Made by a program: the position numbers and the translations under genes. A stretch of 64,000 bases of DNA, from NCBI RefSeq assembly GCF_018350175.1, contig NC_058368.1, forward strand, positions 122,204,001 to 122,268,000, given 5' to 3'. Within the stretch, counting starts at the first letter, position 1; each line of letters starts with the position of its first letter. The notes beneath the pieces were generated by a model that made no database searches, was not told the DNA's origin, and saw only the letters and a list, made by a program, of their open reading frames with translations. Below are positions 1 through 12,254 of this stretch, piece after piece. The stretch comes from Felis catus (lineage: Eukaryota).

Positions 1-176
1 TGTGTTCCGAGCCCTAGAAGCACTCAAAATGTGAGGAGCGTTATAACAGTCTTCCTTTGGGTCAGTCCAGGGTTTTGCTCAGGCCAACCCCTCCCTATTC
101 CCTTGTTTTCACGTGGCTTCCAACGTTTCCCTTTTTCTTTTTTCAGGAAAAGGAAGAAGGATCTAGCACAGCTTAG

Positions 177-231
177 GTGTGCGTGTGCGTGTGCGTATGC
201 GTGCATGCACACGTGCATGCACACACACGCA
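177..231. repeat. Alternating purine-pyrimidine tract (GTGTGC/GTGCATGCAC/CA), Z-DNA-prone
   Basis: About 55 nt of uninterrupted R/Y alternation, including CG steps. Confidence 0.85.
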
Positions 232-623
232 AGAAGATTTAAGGATAAAAAAACTTAAAGCAAAAGTCTTAGAAGCCAATACCAATGAAAGACCCAATCC
301 GAGATACCATTCCAGAATGACAAGTATAACCTTACTTGATTCTGATCACCCTCATTCCACAGATGGTAAGGAACTTGCTGGAAGCCACAAAACTAAATAG
401 TGGTGGACGTGGCATTGGAACTCAGGTGTCCATGACTCCAAACCCATTTCTGTGGGACCATAATGTCTCGTGAACCACCACACTGCTTCCTCTTGTTTTA
501 TAGGTGAGTGAACCAAAGTCCAGTGGGCGAAGGACCTGGCCTAAGGCACTCAGCCTCTGTTGGCAGAGCTGAGTGGAGAGCACAGGCTCCTGACTGGAAG
601 GCCACAGCTAGTCTCCTTCACGG

Positions 624-654
624 TGCTGACTCATCTTTGAGACGATGATGCAAT
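624..654. promoter_or_regulatory. Candidate composite ARE/MARE (NFE2L2-sMAF/AP-1) plus ATF4-C/EBP element
   Basis: TGCTGACTCAT at 624-634 and ATGATGCAAT at 645-654. Motif match only. Confidence 0.4.
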
Positions 655-1611
655 TTAATGAGAAAATATTATTCAGTGTGTCCAAACCGGATCAGGGCAA
701 TTATTCAAGAACACATTTTATAAAGTGAACTAAACCCCATGCTCTTTGCTTTACTCCCTATTTAGGGCTATTGCCCTGGGGCCTCTATAACACCCCTCTG
801 TGGTAGCTGTAACCTGATGTCAGTTACCTGCACATCAAAATCAACATAAATAATCGTTGTCTAAGAATTACCATCCTCACTGAGGATTTGTGGGGTGACA
901 CCTTGGGCTGGGATCACTTGGGGAGTTTCCTGTAAAAACACCTCCCAGAAATTCTCTTTACAGAATTCCTTCTCTAAGCACTAGGGGGAGTGGACCATCT
1001 GAGGGGCTGTGGTCCACTCCCCTCCTGTGCTGTGTGCTCTCTGACTCACCTCTCACTGGCTCCTACCTCTTCTGCCAGCTTGGTTCTCTACCCACACTTG
1101 GATTTTCTTATCCTTTTACTATGCAGAGCACTCAAATGAGCATATTTTGTTACTCAATCATCTTCTTGGAGTCCCACTTTGCTCTCTGAGTAGTTTGAGT
1201 AATTATGTTGGACAAATATGACACCCTCCATGTTTTTCTCCATCTTTTCCCATAGGTACTATTATTATCCCAATTTTCGCAGAATGTAACTATCCCCATT
1301 TTAAGGAGTCTGGAGGTCAGAGTCACTGCTAACACCTTGCACACTTTGAATTTAAACCCATGTTTATCAGACTCCCCCGATTCTGACTTTAGTGATACTC
1401 GCTCCCTAAAAAGAACAATTACATTATCTTGACCTTTTCACATCTCATTCAGAAGATTTCACAAAGATGGCTCTCTACTCTGTATAACCTCCCTTTCTTC
1501 AGGCTACATTTCCTGAGGACACTTGCTGTTGCCCAGGTAGGCAACCCTCCAAATGCCGCCTTTAAGCTAGATGGACGCTGTGACTCAAAGAGGTTTTGTT
1601 TTGTCCAGAGC

Positions 1612-1950
1612 TCAGTGAAGCAGTTCCTGAATGTGTTGCCCAAAACATTTATTCTATGAGATACTCTTAAATGTGGGGTTCCATGACCAAATACTTTGGG
1701 AAACGCAGGTAACAAACTGAGTCATTGTTTTCCCAGTTGTGGTCTAGTGAAGATTTTAGTGCGAGCCGTGACTAGACATGGTAGTAAAAATAGTTGAGGT
1801 CAAATAATTTCGGCAAACTGGAGATACTCTGGTTCCCTCTTGGAGATTCATAGTAAATATGAGTACATTAAAGGTTCTGACAAGTCCTGTTAAGATATGT
1901 TGAATTTTGTTTGACTTGATGCCGCTCAGAGTTATTTGGTCTCAGGGCCT
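1612..1950. mobile_element. Old hAT-Charlie DNA transposon fragment (MER103/MER113-like)
   Basis: Diagnostic segments GGGGTTCCATGACCAAATACTTTGGGAAAC and CTCTTGGAGATTCA...ATTAAAGGTTCTGACAAGTCCTG. Subfamily uncertain. Confidence 0.55.
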
Positions 1951-2607
1951 TCCTTGAATTTATAGCAGCAGCCCACGAGGGCCCACTCCGGACAGGCTTC
2001 TGGTTTGAATTCTGGCTTCCTGTACTCTGAAAGGAGTTGGTGGGGGGTCCTCTTCTAGGAACCTAGGCCTGATCCTGCTGTCAGCTGACTGGGTGATGGG
2101 AAGCAAGTCACCCCTCTCCAGGCCACAGTGTCCCCGTCTGTGAAATGAAGGAGTTGCACCAGATTGTCTAACTTTTCTTCCAGTTCAAGTCTACCATCAC
2201 CTGAACATACGGATTTGGGTGGGGTCCCACCCCAAAATATCATGATAAACTGCATTCATAGCTCCTTCATCTCCCTCAGTCACCCAGAGACAAAACAGTA
2301 ATAATCTTTTTCAAGCTGCAGAAATCTTAAACATATAAATATTAATTTGCCCCCATCTGCTAGTAAAATTCTCTGGAATTGCATTATCATTTACTGTTTC
2401 AGAACTTTGAAGCTGTCTTTGATCAGCCAGTTTCCAGGACAATGGGAAAGCCCCTGGAACCTCCAGGGTGCTTCTAGCGAACCACCATGAGACCTCAGGC
2501 AGGAACTGTACCTCTCTGACTTTTATATTCTTCATCCATGAAAGGAAAATAATGACAGTTTGCCCTTGATTCTTTCAAGGCATCTTGCGAGCACTGTCAG
2601 TCATAGT

Positions 2608-2654
2608 AAAAACAAAAAACAAAACAAAACAAAAAACAAAAAACAAAACAAAAA
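2608..2654. repeat. (AAAAC)n-type A-rich simple repeat
   Basis: Directly visible. Confidence 0.9.
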
Positions 2655-2914
2655 CCCTCTGTCCTCTGGCTATTACACCTGCCACTGCCTAAGTCCTCAG
2701 AAGTGTTTCTGGTCTCACTTTCTTTCCTTTGGTTCCCGACCATTCCTAGAGCTAGGTAGGTGCCACAACAGAAGTACTCCCTTTGTTAGTACTAATATTA
2801 ATATTACATGGGTGAGACTATGATACCTTAATCTGGGAGACAGTTTGCTCTGTTTCAGGGCACATATCTTAGTAAAAGTCCTTCTTAAAGCACAGAGGAT
2901 CACAGCAATTGATG

Positions 2915-3150
2915 GTAATAGCTGGACTTTGACATCAGACAAATCTAGGATTGAACTCAGCACTGTTATATACCAGCTGGGCATTCCTAGGCAAGCTGCT
3001 ACCCTCTGATCCTCAGATTCTTCATCTACAAAGTGGGAGCAATATGAGTCACTGGCAAGCTAGTCCAAGGATGCAATGTAATAATTTTTGTAAAGCTCTC
3101 TGTATATCACCAGGACACGCGTGTTCAGTCATATCTGTTAAAAACATTAT
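2915..3150 (+). mobile_element. MIR SINE
   Basis: Core CTCTGATCCTCAGATTCTTCATCTACAAAGTGGG, with a MIR-like head and tail. Confidence 0.75.
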
Positions 3151-3342
3151 CTGTTAGGTTCAGACACACAATGAAAGGTGATCCAGAAAGAAAACTGTCT
3201 CTGTGCAAAGGTAAGGAATCCTGCTCAGCCATCAGAAAGGATAACTGTAATTAGGGTTCCTGGCAAATGTTCATTAGGAGGCCTGAGATATTCAAGCTGG
3301 CCAGAGGCCCTCTTTAATTAACGCTGCATTGTTCATTATTGA

Positions 3343-3362
3343 ACACTGCCACCTGGTGGATG
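3343..3362 (-). promoter_or_regulatory. Candidate CTCF binding site
   Basis: Minus strand reads CCACCAGGTGGCAG (3359-3346), matching the CCASYAGRKGGCRS core at every position, in non-repeat sequence. Confidence 0.55.
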
Positions 3363-4008
3363 GACAGGCCACATGCAGGCAGGGAAATCATGGATGTTAC
3401 ATGAGGTTACCTCACCACACAAGGATGCTCTCTCTGTCCCCCTGGTCCACATTGGCTTTAGGATTTTCATTTGGAGGTAGGCCCATGGAGAGATCTGCAT
3501 ATTCCTGTTTATGGAGACTTACCTTCACCTTCCTGCGGTTGTTAAAGTGACACAAAGACCTGAAAACGGTGTTGTTTTCATTGACCGACCACATGATCTG
3601 AGAGACATAGAGAAGCCTCTTCTGACAACATGATCTAAAGTGGAGCCCACTTCCATCGCTCTAACCCAGTCACCTCGTTCTCTACATACAGCATATCATT
3701 ATCTAAAAACATATGCAGGCACTTTTTCTGTTTCTCACTCTTTTCTCTCCCTGACTGGAATGGAAGCAAACTCCCTAAGTGCAAGGGCTCAGAAGCTGTA
3801 TTCCTTTATGTATTCATCACAACAAACACAGGCTAACAATCACGGCATTAATGCTCATGGATCCTTCATTTGCCAGAGCTAAGATTTGTAGAGAGATCAT
3901 CCAGGCATAGGGCTAAGCTCTATAGAGAGATGATTTCATTTAGCCTTTACAATCACCTTGCTGGTGGGGTGTCACCATCCGTAGAACATCGTAAATTTCT
4001 AGGGCCTA

Positions 4009-4207
4009 GGGTGCCTGGGTGGCTCAGTCGGTTCAGTGTCCGACTTTGGCTAAGGTCGCGATCTCACCATTTGTGAGTTCAAGCCCCGCATCAGGTTCTG
4101 GGTTGACAGCTCGGAGGCTGGAACCTGCTTTGGATTCTGTGTCTCCCTCTCTCTCTGCCCCTCCCCTGCTTACACTTTGTCTTTCTCTCCCTAAAAATAA
4201 ATAAAAA
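4009..4207 (+). mobile_element. Carnivore/feline SINE (SINEC_Fc family); tail interrupted by a second SINE
   Basis: GGGTGCCTGGGTGGCTCAGTCGGTT head, (CT)n region and AATAAA tail. The tail resumes at about 4432-4460. Confidence 0.95.
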
Positions 4208-4210
4208 TTT

Positions 4211-4431
4211 TTTTTAAATTTTTTTTCAACTTTTTTATTTATTTTTGGGACAGAGAGAGACAGAGCATGAACGGGGGAGGGGCAGAGAGAGAGGGAGACA
4301 CAGAATCGGAAACAGGCTCCAGGCTCTGAGCCATCAGCCCAGAGCCCGACGCAGGGCTTGAACTCCCGGACCGCGAGATCGTGACCTGGCTGAAGTCGGA
4401 CGCTTAACCGACTGCGCCACCCAGGCGCCCC
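4211..4431 (-). mobile_element. Young SINEC_Fc inserted antisense into the tail of the preceding SINE
   Basis: CpG-rich, near-identical to copies at 13122/36811/44747. TSD AATAAAAATTT at 4200-4210 and 4432-4442. Confidence 0.95.
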
Positions 4432-4879
4432 AATAAAAATTTAAAAAAATTAAAAAAATACATTTCTGGCACCTAGAAGTGATATTCCCAGGCCAATATT
4501 CACAGCAGCTCTTTGTTCAGAATTATAATGCCATGTTTTATTTAAGCCTCTATATTTTGTAGTCCATATTAGGGTTTCACCCATTTTACAGATTGAAAGC
4601 TGACTCGGAGAAATGAAATGATTTCCCCAAAGCTACTCAGCTTCTACTTAAAACCCAGTTTTTGTCTAATTCTAGAAGTCCTGCTCTTTTCAACACAATG
4701 CCTTCTATGTGATACATGGATAAAAAGGACTTCCTTAATTCTGTCTTGGAAAACTAGACCTGAATTTTGGCTAAGCATTTGAAACAAACCTTGCCCCCAA
4801 GCTGCATCGCAAGCTGGACTTTTCTGCAGCCGGGTCTTTATTGGTCCACAGATGTCTCTTGCATCTTTGCTTCAAAGAA

Positions 4880-5100
4880 AATAACTAGCTAAGATTTAAT
4901 GAGATTTTATTATATGCCAGGCAAGGTTCAGCGATCTTATTTAATCCTTACAACAGCCCTGTAAAAGAGGAGATAGATAATTATTCTCGTTTTACAAATG
5001 AGGAAAATGAGGCACAGAGAGGTTAAGTATTTTTCTCCATGGTTACCCAGGTTGTAAGCCAAAGCCATGACTTAAACCCAGGCACTCTGCTCCAGGACAC
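4880..5100 (-). mobile_element. MIR SINE
   Basis: TTTTACAAATGAGGAAAATGAGGCACAGAGAGGTTAAGT core. Confidence 0.85.
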
Positions 5101-5907
5101 AGTCCTCAGCACCAGCGGACCCTCTAGGAGTCTCATCCTGGTGCAGTCCCTCTGCCCTAGAAAACCTCAGGGCATCTCGCTTGGTACTGCACTTCCTGCA
5201 GTGTCTCAGCCCAGAAAATGTGCAGAAGTTGGAACAAGACAGGAACACCAGGGCACCCTGTGGCTCCCCTCCCCTTCCTGCTCACAGACCTGGCCCATGG
5301 TTACTCTTCAATTAGTTTCCATCTGTAGGAGCAGCTATTCCCTAGAGGTACACAGGCCAAAAAGAGAGACCGACTCAGCCAAAATCCAAAAATATCTTCA
5401 CTGCAGTAAGCAAACTAGTGATGGAAAGAAGGAAAATTTCCCCTTCAAGTCTTGGACGTTCCTCAAACACAGCCCACTCAGCTTACATAAGTGGCATTCA
5501 CCACTGAGGAATGCAACCAAGGCCCCAGGAATCTAGGCCAACCTTGCCCATCATGTGTTAATGAAGAGTTATTTAGGGGCCACCCGCAGGCAGTTTGGGA
5601 AACTCGACCCTGTGCTTATTGAATTGTCTTGTCCTGGCTCACCAGACCTAAACAAAGAGGTTCCAGGTAACCCCCCAAAGACGGTGCCAACGTGAATACA
5701 TTGGTTTTCCTCCAGACAGCTTGCACCCTTCTTTGAACCCTTCTTCCTAAGCAACGGGCAGTGATAGGGTTCAGGGAAATTCTAGGCCTCCTTATACTCA
5801 TTCCTTCATGTCTTCATATATTTACACATTTTCAATAAGCATCTCTTAAGCACCATCTTTGTTTCAGATCAGAGCCACGTACTGGGAGCATCAAAGTCTC
5901 TTAGACA

Positions 5908-6270
5908 CAGTGGTGAGCCTAGACAATCAGTAAAAATCAAGCCCTGGCTTATGGCACTTGACACTTTTGTGTGTAAATATGCCCACCATGGCCAATGTCA
6001 AGCTACCCGTATTTGGGCACTGAGCGTGGAGTTGGGAAGAAATGCACAATGTAGAGGTATGTCATCTCCAGAGCACAGAGTAAAATGCAGTAATTAGGAA
6101 GGAATGAGTTTTAGTATTCACTATTCTCATTTTAAACATAATGTACTCCATTGTAAGCTTACAAAATTTAACTTTGGATAATGGCCATGTTTACCAACCG
6201 GTTTGCAACAATCTTGCACATTAACAATTGGCTTTTGGAAGCTGGTACTTGTCTGCTCCAGCTACCACTG
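5908..6270. mobile_element. hAT DNA transposon, MER63-like
   Basis: Terminal inverted ends CAGTGGT...ACCACTG. 8-bp flanks CTTAGACA / CTCAAACA (6/8 identical) fit a hAT TSD. Confidence 0.75.
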
Positions 6271-6900
6271 CTCAAACACAGTCTCATAAAGTAAGAAGCT
6301 AACAGGTGAGTTGGGGAAAAACAAAGAAAGAGTCTGAGCTGCTTTGTGAGAAGTACAAGGTGCTCTGGGAGCATCTGGGAGGCAGGTCCAGCCAAGAGTT
6401 GGGTCTGGGGGACGCCTTCTGAGGCACAGACATCTGACACTGGAAGGAATGTAAATGTTAGCTATGTGAAGGGTGGAAAGTGGATTCCAGGTGCGGGAAG
6501 AAGCCTGGGCAAAGGTCTTGAGGGAAGCCAGACAACAGACCTTTTAGAAAATGCAGTATTTCATTGTGTGTCCATGGTAAGACAGTGACATGAAATAAGA
6601 TGGGGGGAAGGCAGACCCAGAATATGGAAACCCTGTTCAGGATTACTCTAAGGTTGGTGGGCACTCACTGGTAACTTGTATACACGAAGATACCCTGATT
6701 AAAGTCTTGTTAGGAAGATCATTCTGCCTGCAGTATGGGAAAGAGGTGGGGTGTGGGCAAGACCGAAGGATGGTGCCACAGTCTAGGACAGAGATAAAGG
6801 ATGCCTGCATGGTGGTAATGGCGATGGAATGGAGAAGAACACACGGAATCAAGAGTCATTTAGGAGACTGTATGTGCAGAGCAAAGTGACTGTGTGCGTG

Positions 6901-6902
<2 letters not shown>

Positions 6903-6934
<32 letters not shown>

Positions 6935-6943
6935 TGTGTGTGT
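6903..6943. repeat. (TG)n microsatellite
   Basis: Directly visible. Confidence 0.95.
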
Positions 6944-7645
6944 TGCAAGGTTGGCAGGTGTGCTGAACAAAACTAAGTCAAGAATGATCCTGAGGTCTCT
7001 GACAAAAGCAACCCCAGAGATGACTGGAAGAAGGAGCCAGTGAATGAAGAATAGGTAGCTGGCTTGAAGGATGATGAGTTCCATTTTAGACATGTTAACT
7101 TTATGGGATATCCAAGTGGGCAGTGGGATATCCCATATGGGATATGGGATATACAAGTGGGATATCCAGGGGGCAGTGGACTGTACAGTCCTGAAGCTCA
7201 GGACAGAGATCTGGACTGGGAAATAAATTTGAGAGCCATCAGCAAAAAGATGATAAGCAAAGCTGTGTGTGTGGATGAGACTGTCCAGGAGCGAGTCAGA
7301 ATAACTTAGAGTTCATAGGCCTGGCAGTGTCTGTCCATTGTACACATACGAGCTCCTTTTGTCATTACAACCACCTTACTATGTAGATATTATTGTTACC
7401 CCCTTTTGTGGATGAGGCCACTGCACAGTAACAGGCAGATCCCAGATGTGAAGCTGGCCCATCCAGCACCATCACACATTCTCTGAACTGTAATACCAGG
7501 CTGCTACTGTATCAAAATACACAGACAAAGAAGAGAAGACTGGAAAAACAGAACCTCAGGAAATGAATATTTAAGTTGCGGGAGAAGGAAGTTAAAAAGC
7601 AAACTATAAAGCATGGGGTACAGGTGGGGGAACTTGAGGCTTATC

Positions 7646-7860
7646 TTTTTTGAGAGAGAGAGAGAGAGAGAGCACGTGCAAATGCTCTTTTTTGAGAGAG
7701 AACAGCAGGGGAGGGAGCCAAGGGAGAGAATCTTAAGCAGGCTCCAGGACCAGCACAGAGTCCCACATGGGGCTCGATCCCATAACCCTGGGATGATGAC
7801 CTGAGCTGAAATCAAGAGTGGGACGCTCAACCTCAACTGACTGAGCCACCCAGGTGCCCC
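7646..7860 (-). mobile_element. Older carnivore SINE (SINEC)
   Basis: Ends ...CTGAGCCACCCAGGTGCCCC and contains (GA)n. Flanked by AGGCTTAT on both sides. Confidence 0.9.
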
Positions 7861-7983
7861 TAGGCTTATTATTCTTAAGATCACCCTTTAAAAAACTCCC
7901 TCACCACAAACAAGGTAATTGAGTTGCCCCTTTAAAGCTTACAGTCACATTGCATTTGCTAACACTCCTTTCTTTAAAAAAAA

Positions 7984-8195
7984 TTTTTTTTTAATGTTTA
8001 TTTATTTTTGAGAGAGATAGAGACCAAGTGCAAGCGAGGGAGGGGCAGAGAGAGAGGGAGACACAGAATCCGAAGCAGGCTCCAGGCTCCAAGCTCGCAG
8101 CACGGAGCCTGATGTGGAGCTTGAACTCACGAACCGTGAGATCATGACCTGAGCTGAAGCTGGACGCTCAACCGACTGAGCCAACCAGGTACCCC
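7984..8195 (-). mobile_element. Feline SINE (SINEC_Fc family)
   Basis: Full-length. TSD GCTAACACTC(C/T)TTTCT at 7958-7973 and 8196-8211. Confidence 0.95.
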
Positions 8196-8950
8196 GCTAA
8201 CACTCTTTTCTGATCAGAAAAACAATGCTATATCTTTTTAGGAGACTTAGAAAATACAGAAGATACATGGAAGAAAATAAAAATCACCACCATGAGATCA
8301 TCTAGGAATAATTGCTAAAACTATTTGGCACATATTCCTGTAGACTTTTTTACTACACATTAAAAGTATCCCAAATGGCTGTTTCTTTAAAACATGTTTT
8401 TAAAGTTTTATTTTGAAAGCACATTTTATAGATTCTAGAGTGCACATTTAAAAGTTATGCATTTATTGCTTTTAAAGATGCACATCTTAAATTCAGGATT
8501 TATCTTATAGTCTGTGGTACTTTACAGGTAAATGGCAGCTTTTTGTTCTTAGTTATACATGAGAGAATGCTACATTTTGTAATCTGTGACATCTTAGCTT
8601 TGATGAAATATGGTAGATAATATAGTCACAGCTTTCAAAATTCAAAATATAGTAAAAAGTGTACAGAAAAAGATCTATTTCACTCTTGCCTACTCCAGTG
8701 CTCCTACCTAGAGAGAGATGAAAATTTCTAGTTGTCTGTCTGCCCTCCCAGATGTATTTTAATGCACATACAAGAAAAGATTATATATTCCCTCCTTTCT
8801 AAGTACATGGTAACATACTATCCACTCCACAGTAAGGTATCTTGAACTTTTCTTTTTTAACTAAATAATAGATGTTGAAAGGTTTTTTCCCCCAATTGCA
8901 AATTTTCAATTGAAAGGATATATCACAATTTATTAAGAAGTTCCCTACTG

Positions 8951-9090
8951 AAATGCAAACTGGTGCAGCCACTGTGGAAAACAGTATGGAGGGTCCTCAA
9001 AAAGTTAAAAATAGGGGCACCTGGCTGGCTCGGTTGGCAGAGCCTGTAAGTCTCAATCTCGGGATTTTGATGTTGAGCCCTAAGTTATGT

Positions 9091-9138
<48 letters not shown>

Positions 9139-9790
9139 ATAGAATTACCCTATGATCCAGGAATCACACTCCTCTGAGTTTTGGTACCTACCCAAAAATA
9201 TGAAAACACTAATTGGAAGGGATCTATGTACCCCTAGGTTTATTGCAGCATTATTTACAATATGCTAACTATGAAATCAGCCCAAGTATCTATCAATAGA
9301 TGAATGAATAAAGAAGATGTGGCATGTGTGTATATGTGTGGGTGTGTGTGCATACACATACACACACATATGTATATATACACACACATAACAGAATATT
9401 ATTTATTCATAAAAAAGAATGAAATCTTGCCATTTGTAGCAACATGGATGGAGATAGACGGTATAATGCTAAGGGAAATAAACCAGTCAGAGAAAGACCA
9501 ATAAATAATATATGATTTCACCCATATATGGAATTTAAAAAATAAAACAAATGAACAAAGGGAAAAAAAAGAGACAAACCAAGAAAATGGCTCTTCACTA
9601 TAGAGAACAAATTGATGGTTACCAGAGGGGAGGCGGGTGTGGGAGATGGGTAGAAGAGATAAAGGGGAGTAAGAGTACATGTATCATGATGAGCACTGAG
9701 CAATGTATAAAATTGTTGAATCACTATATTATACGTCAGAAAGGAGTATAACACTGTATATTAACTATACTGGAATTAAAAAAGAAAAAC
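8951..9790 (+). mobile_element. 5'-truncated carnivore L1 (ORF2 C-terminus remnant + 3'UTR) containing a short SINE (9014-9094) and (TG)n tracts
   Basis: Peptide KKNEILPFVATWMEIDGIMLREINQSEKD and an A-tail. TSD AAGT(T/C)CCCTACTG at 8938-8950 and 9791-9803. Confidence 0.9.
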
Positions 9791-10086
9791 AAGTCCCCTA
9801 CTGGTAAACAAAGTTATTTCCAATCTTTTGCTAAAGCAATACCATGATAAATAATCTTGTATATTTTGTACATGCACCAGTATACTTACCAGGTAAATCC
9901 CTAGGAAAAAAACCTGCTGAGTCAAAGGGTAGCTTCAGTTATTTTGACAGATACTGCCAAATTTTCCTTCATAAATGTTGTCCCAATTTACACTTCTAAG
10001 AATACATGAAATACTGTTAACTACACCATCTCCAAACAGTATGTTATCAAACATTTTATCTTTGCCAAATTGACTGGTAAAACAAA

Positions 10087-10625
10087 TCTTTAATAAACCT
10101 TTTATTCTGTAATAATTTCAGATTTTATAGAAAAGTTGCAAAGATAGCAAAGATTGTTCCCGGATACCCCTCACCCAGTTTCTCCTCAGGGTAACATCTG
10201 ACATTAACACAATACCTTTGTGAAAATGAAGAAACCAACGTTGGTATAATGGGAGCCCAGATTTTATGTGGATTTCCACAATCTTTCTACTAACATCCCT
10301 CTTCTGTTCCAGGACACGATCCGGGAGAGCATATTGCATTTCATAGCTGTGTCTCATTATTAGGGGCTCTGACAGTTTCTATGTCTTCCCGTGTTCCATG
10401 TGACCTTGACAATTTTGAGAAACTAGTTAGTATTTTGTAGTGTATCTTTCACGTTGGGTTAGTCATGTTTGTTTTCTCTCATGATTAGACCAGGGATGCT
10501 GACCTTGTTTATTTGGTTAAGTACCTTCTGTGAGGTGACTCCATGCTAACATGACTCTTTTTCCCTTTTCCATACTCCATTCTTTGGATATGGGTCACTA
10601 AGTCAAGTCCAAATCCAAGAGGGAA
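10087..10625 (-). mobile_element. L1MC-like 3' end
   Basis: ATAATTTCAGATTTTATAGAAAAGTTGCAAAGATAG...CCCCTCACCCAGTTTCTCC signature. Confidence 0.75.
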
Positions 10626-12028
10626 ATCTTAGTGAAAGTGCAATTAGCATTTATCTTATGAATGACAGCGAATGTCTTCTCTTAAGTTTAAGAACCATCT
10701 GTATTTTTGGAATATTCCTTTATCATTTTGCCCATTTTTCTCATGAATTGTCATTCCCTTTATTATCAGTTTCTATGAAAAATAAGCTGTTTTTCTGTAA
10801 TGCAAATTAAAAATTTTCACCATTTTTCTATATTTTTGTTGTTTTTGCAATGTAGATTAAAATATTTAATGTAATAAAACTGATCAGTTTTTTTCTTCCT
10901 TCATGATACATGGATTTTCTTCCACACTTTGAAATAAATGGCCTGTTTCATGGCTTTTGGGATGTTCCATGGTTTCCTTTTTTGGAAATAAGTCTTTGGT
11001 CAACCTGGAGTTTATTTTGGAGTAAAAGTGAATAGGATCTGATTTGATTTCTTGTCCAAATGGCCATCCTGTTGCCCAACAGCAATTTACTGAAGAGTCC
11101 ATTACCCACTGTTTCATTTGAAATACAGTAGATAATTTTTCAGGAAGAAAAATCATAGACGCCTCAGCTCTGTGCATTTCAAAATCCCACGTTCTTTCCA
11201 TAGAGACAGAGAAAAAAGAAAAACCAAATATACAAATAAACAAAGAAAAGGATTCTGTTGCTGGGATTTCCCCACATATGAGTCAATGTAGAAAGGAAGG
11301 CTACTTGACTCTATGGGCTTATGGCTTCATACTGCAATGGTTCAAGACGATATATGGGCACACTGACAAAGGGGATAAGTGGTATAATCCACTTATATTT
11401 AAAAAACAACTTTGACAAGGTTGTACACAAGAACTGAATGAGAAATACAAGTGCCCATGTCCTTGCAGAGGACGTTCTGTCAGGGATAGTCACTGCTTTA
11501 AGGAGTACAATGGGTCTGGCTGTCTGGCCAGCTTTGCAGAGATGACAGAACAGGGGATCCTTGTTCCCTAGAAACCCATTCTGGGCCCATCCTTAGTTAA
11601 ATCTGCATAAATTATCTGGAGGAAGAAGAGCAAAATGATGATTTTAAGTTTTTGAGTCACAGTGATTTTTTTTTCAGAGAGATTTTTTTTTTCTTGCTTG
11701 AAGTACCAAGCAAATGACATTAAAAATAGTAAATACCTTGTAAATCTTTTTGGAATTTGGTCAGGAGAGTATCACATGAGCTTAAAGGTGTATAAAAGCA
11801 ATAGAACATTTAAAAAGGACAAAAAGGTCAAAGTAGACAGAAAATAAAGGGTTCTCCTCTGTATTAGGTTTAGTTCATGCTACCAATAACACACACTAAC
11901 ACAGTACTTAAGTACGTATTTCATACTGTTCTATGTGCTTTACCATATGCTGACTTTCCTAAACCTCAGGACCAGCTATGGGGCAGTGTCCATTATTCTC
12001 TCACTTTCACACATTAGAAAATGGAGGC

Positions 12029-12254
12029 GGGGCACCTGGGCAGCTCAGTCAGTTGGGTGTCCAACTTTGGCTCAGGTCATGATCTTGTAGTTCGTGAGTT
12101 TGAGCCCTGCGTCAGGCTCTGTGCTGACAGCTCGGAGCCTGGAGCCTGCTTCAGAGTCTGTGTGTCCCTCTCTCTGTGCCCCTCCCCAGCTCACACTGTC
12201 TGTCTGTCTCTCTCTCTCTCAAAAATAAATAAATATTTTTAAAAAGAAAAGAAA
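12029..12254 (+). mobile_element. Feline SINE inserted in an antisense MIR (about 11885-12380)
   Basis: TSD AGAAAATGGAGGC at 12016-12028 and 12255-12267. Confidence 0.95.

Larger units (their letters stand above)
5830..7310 (-). mobile_element. L2 LINE fragment, interrupted by a MER63-like element and (TG)n
   Basis: Antisense L2 hallmarks such as GATGATGAGTTCCATTTTAGACATGTT and GATCTGGACTGGGAAATAAATTTGAGAGCCATCAGCA. Confidence 0.7.
8640..11120 (-). mobile_element. Ancient L1ME-like 3' region hosting younger L1 insertions
   Basis: Degenerate antisense L1 3' motifs, e.g. CTGCTGAGTCAAAGGGTA, GATACTGCCAAATTTTCCTTCATAAATGTTG, CCCAACAGCAATTTACTGAAGAGTCC. Confidence 0.65.

Noticed and set aside
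5039..5536. 165-aa ORF
   Set aside because: Starts inside a MIR, with no family resemblance or exon support.
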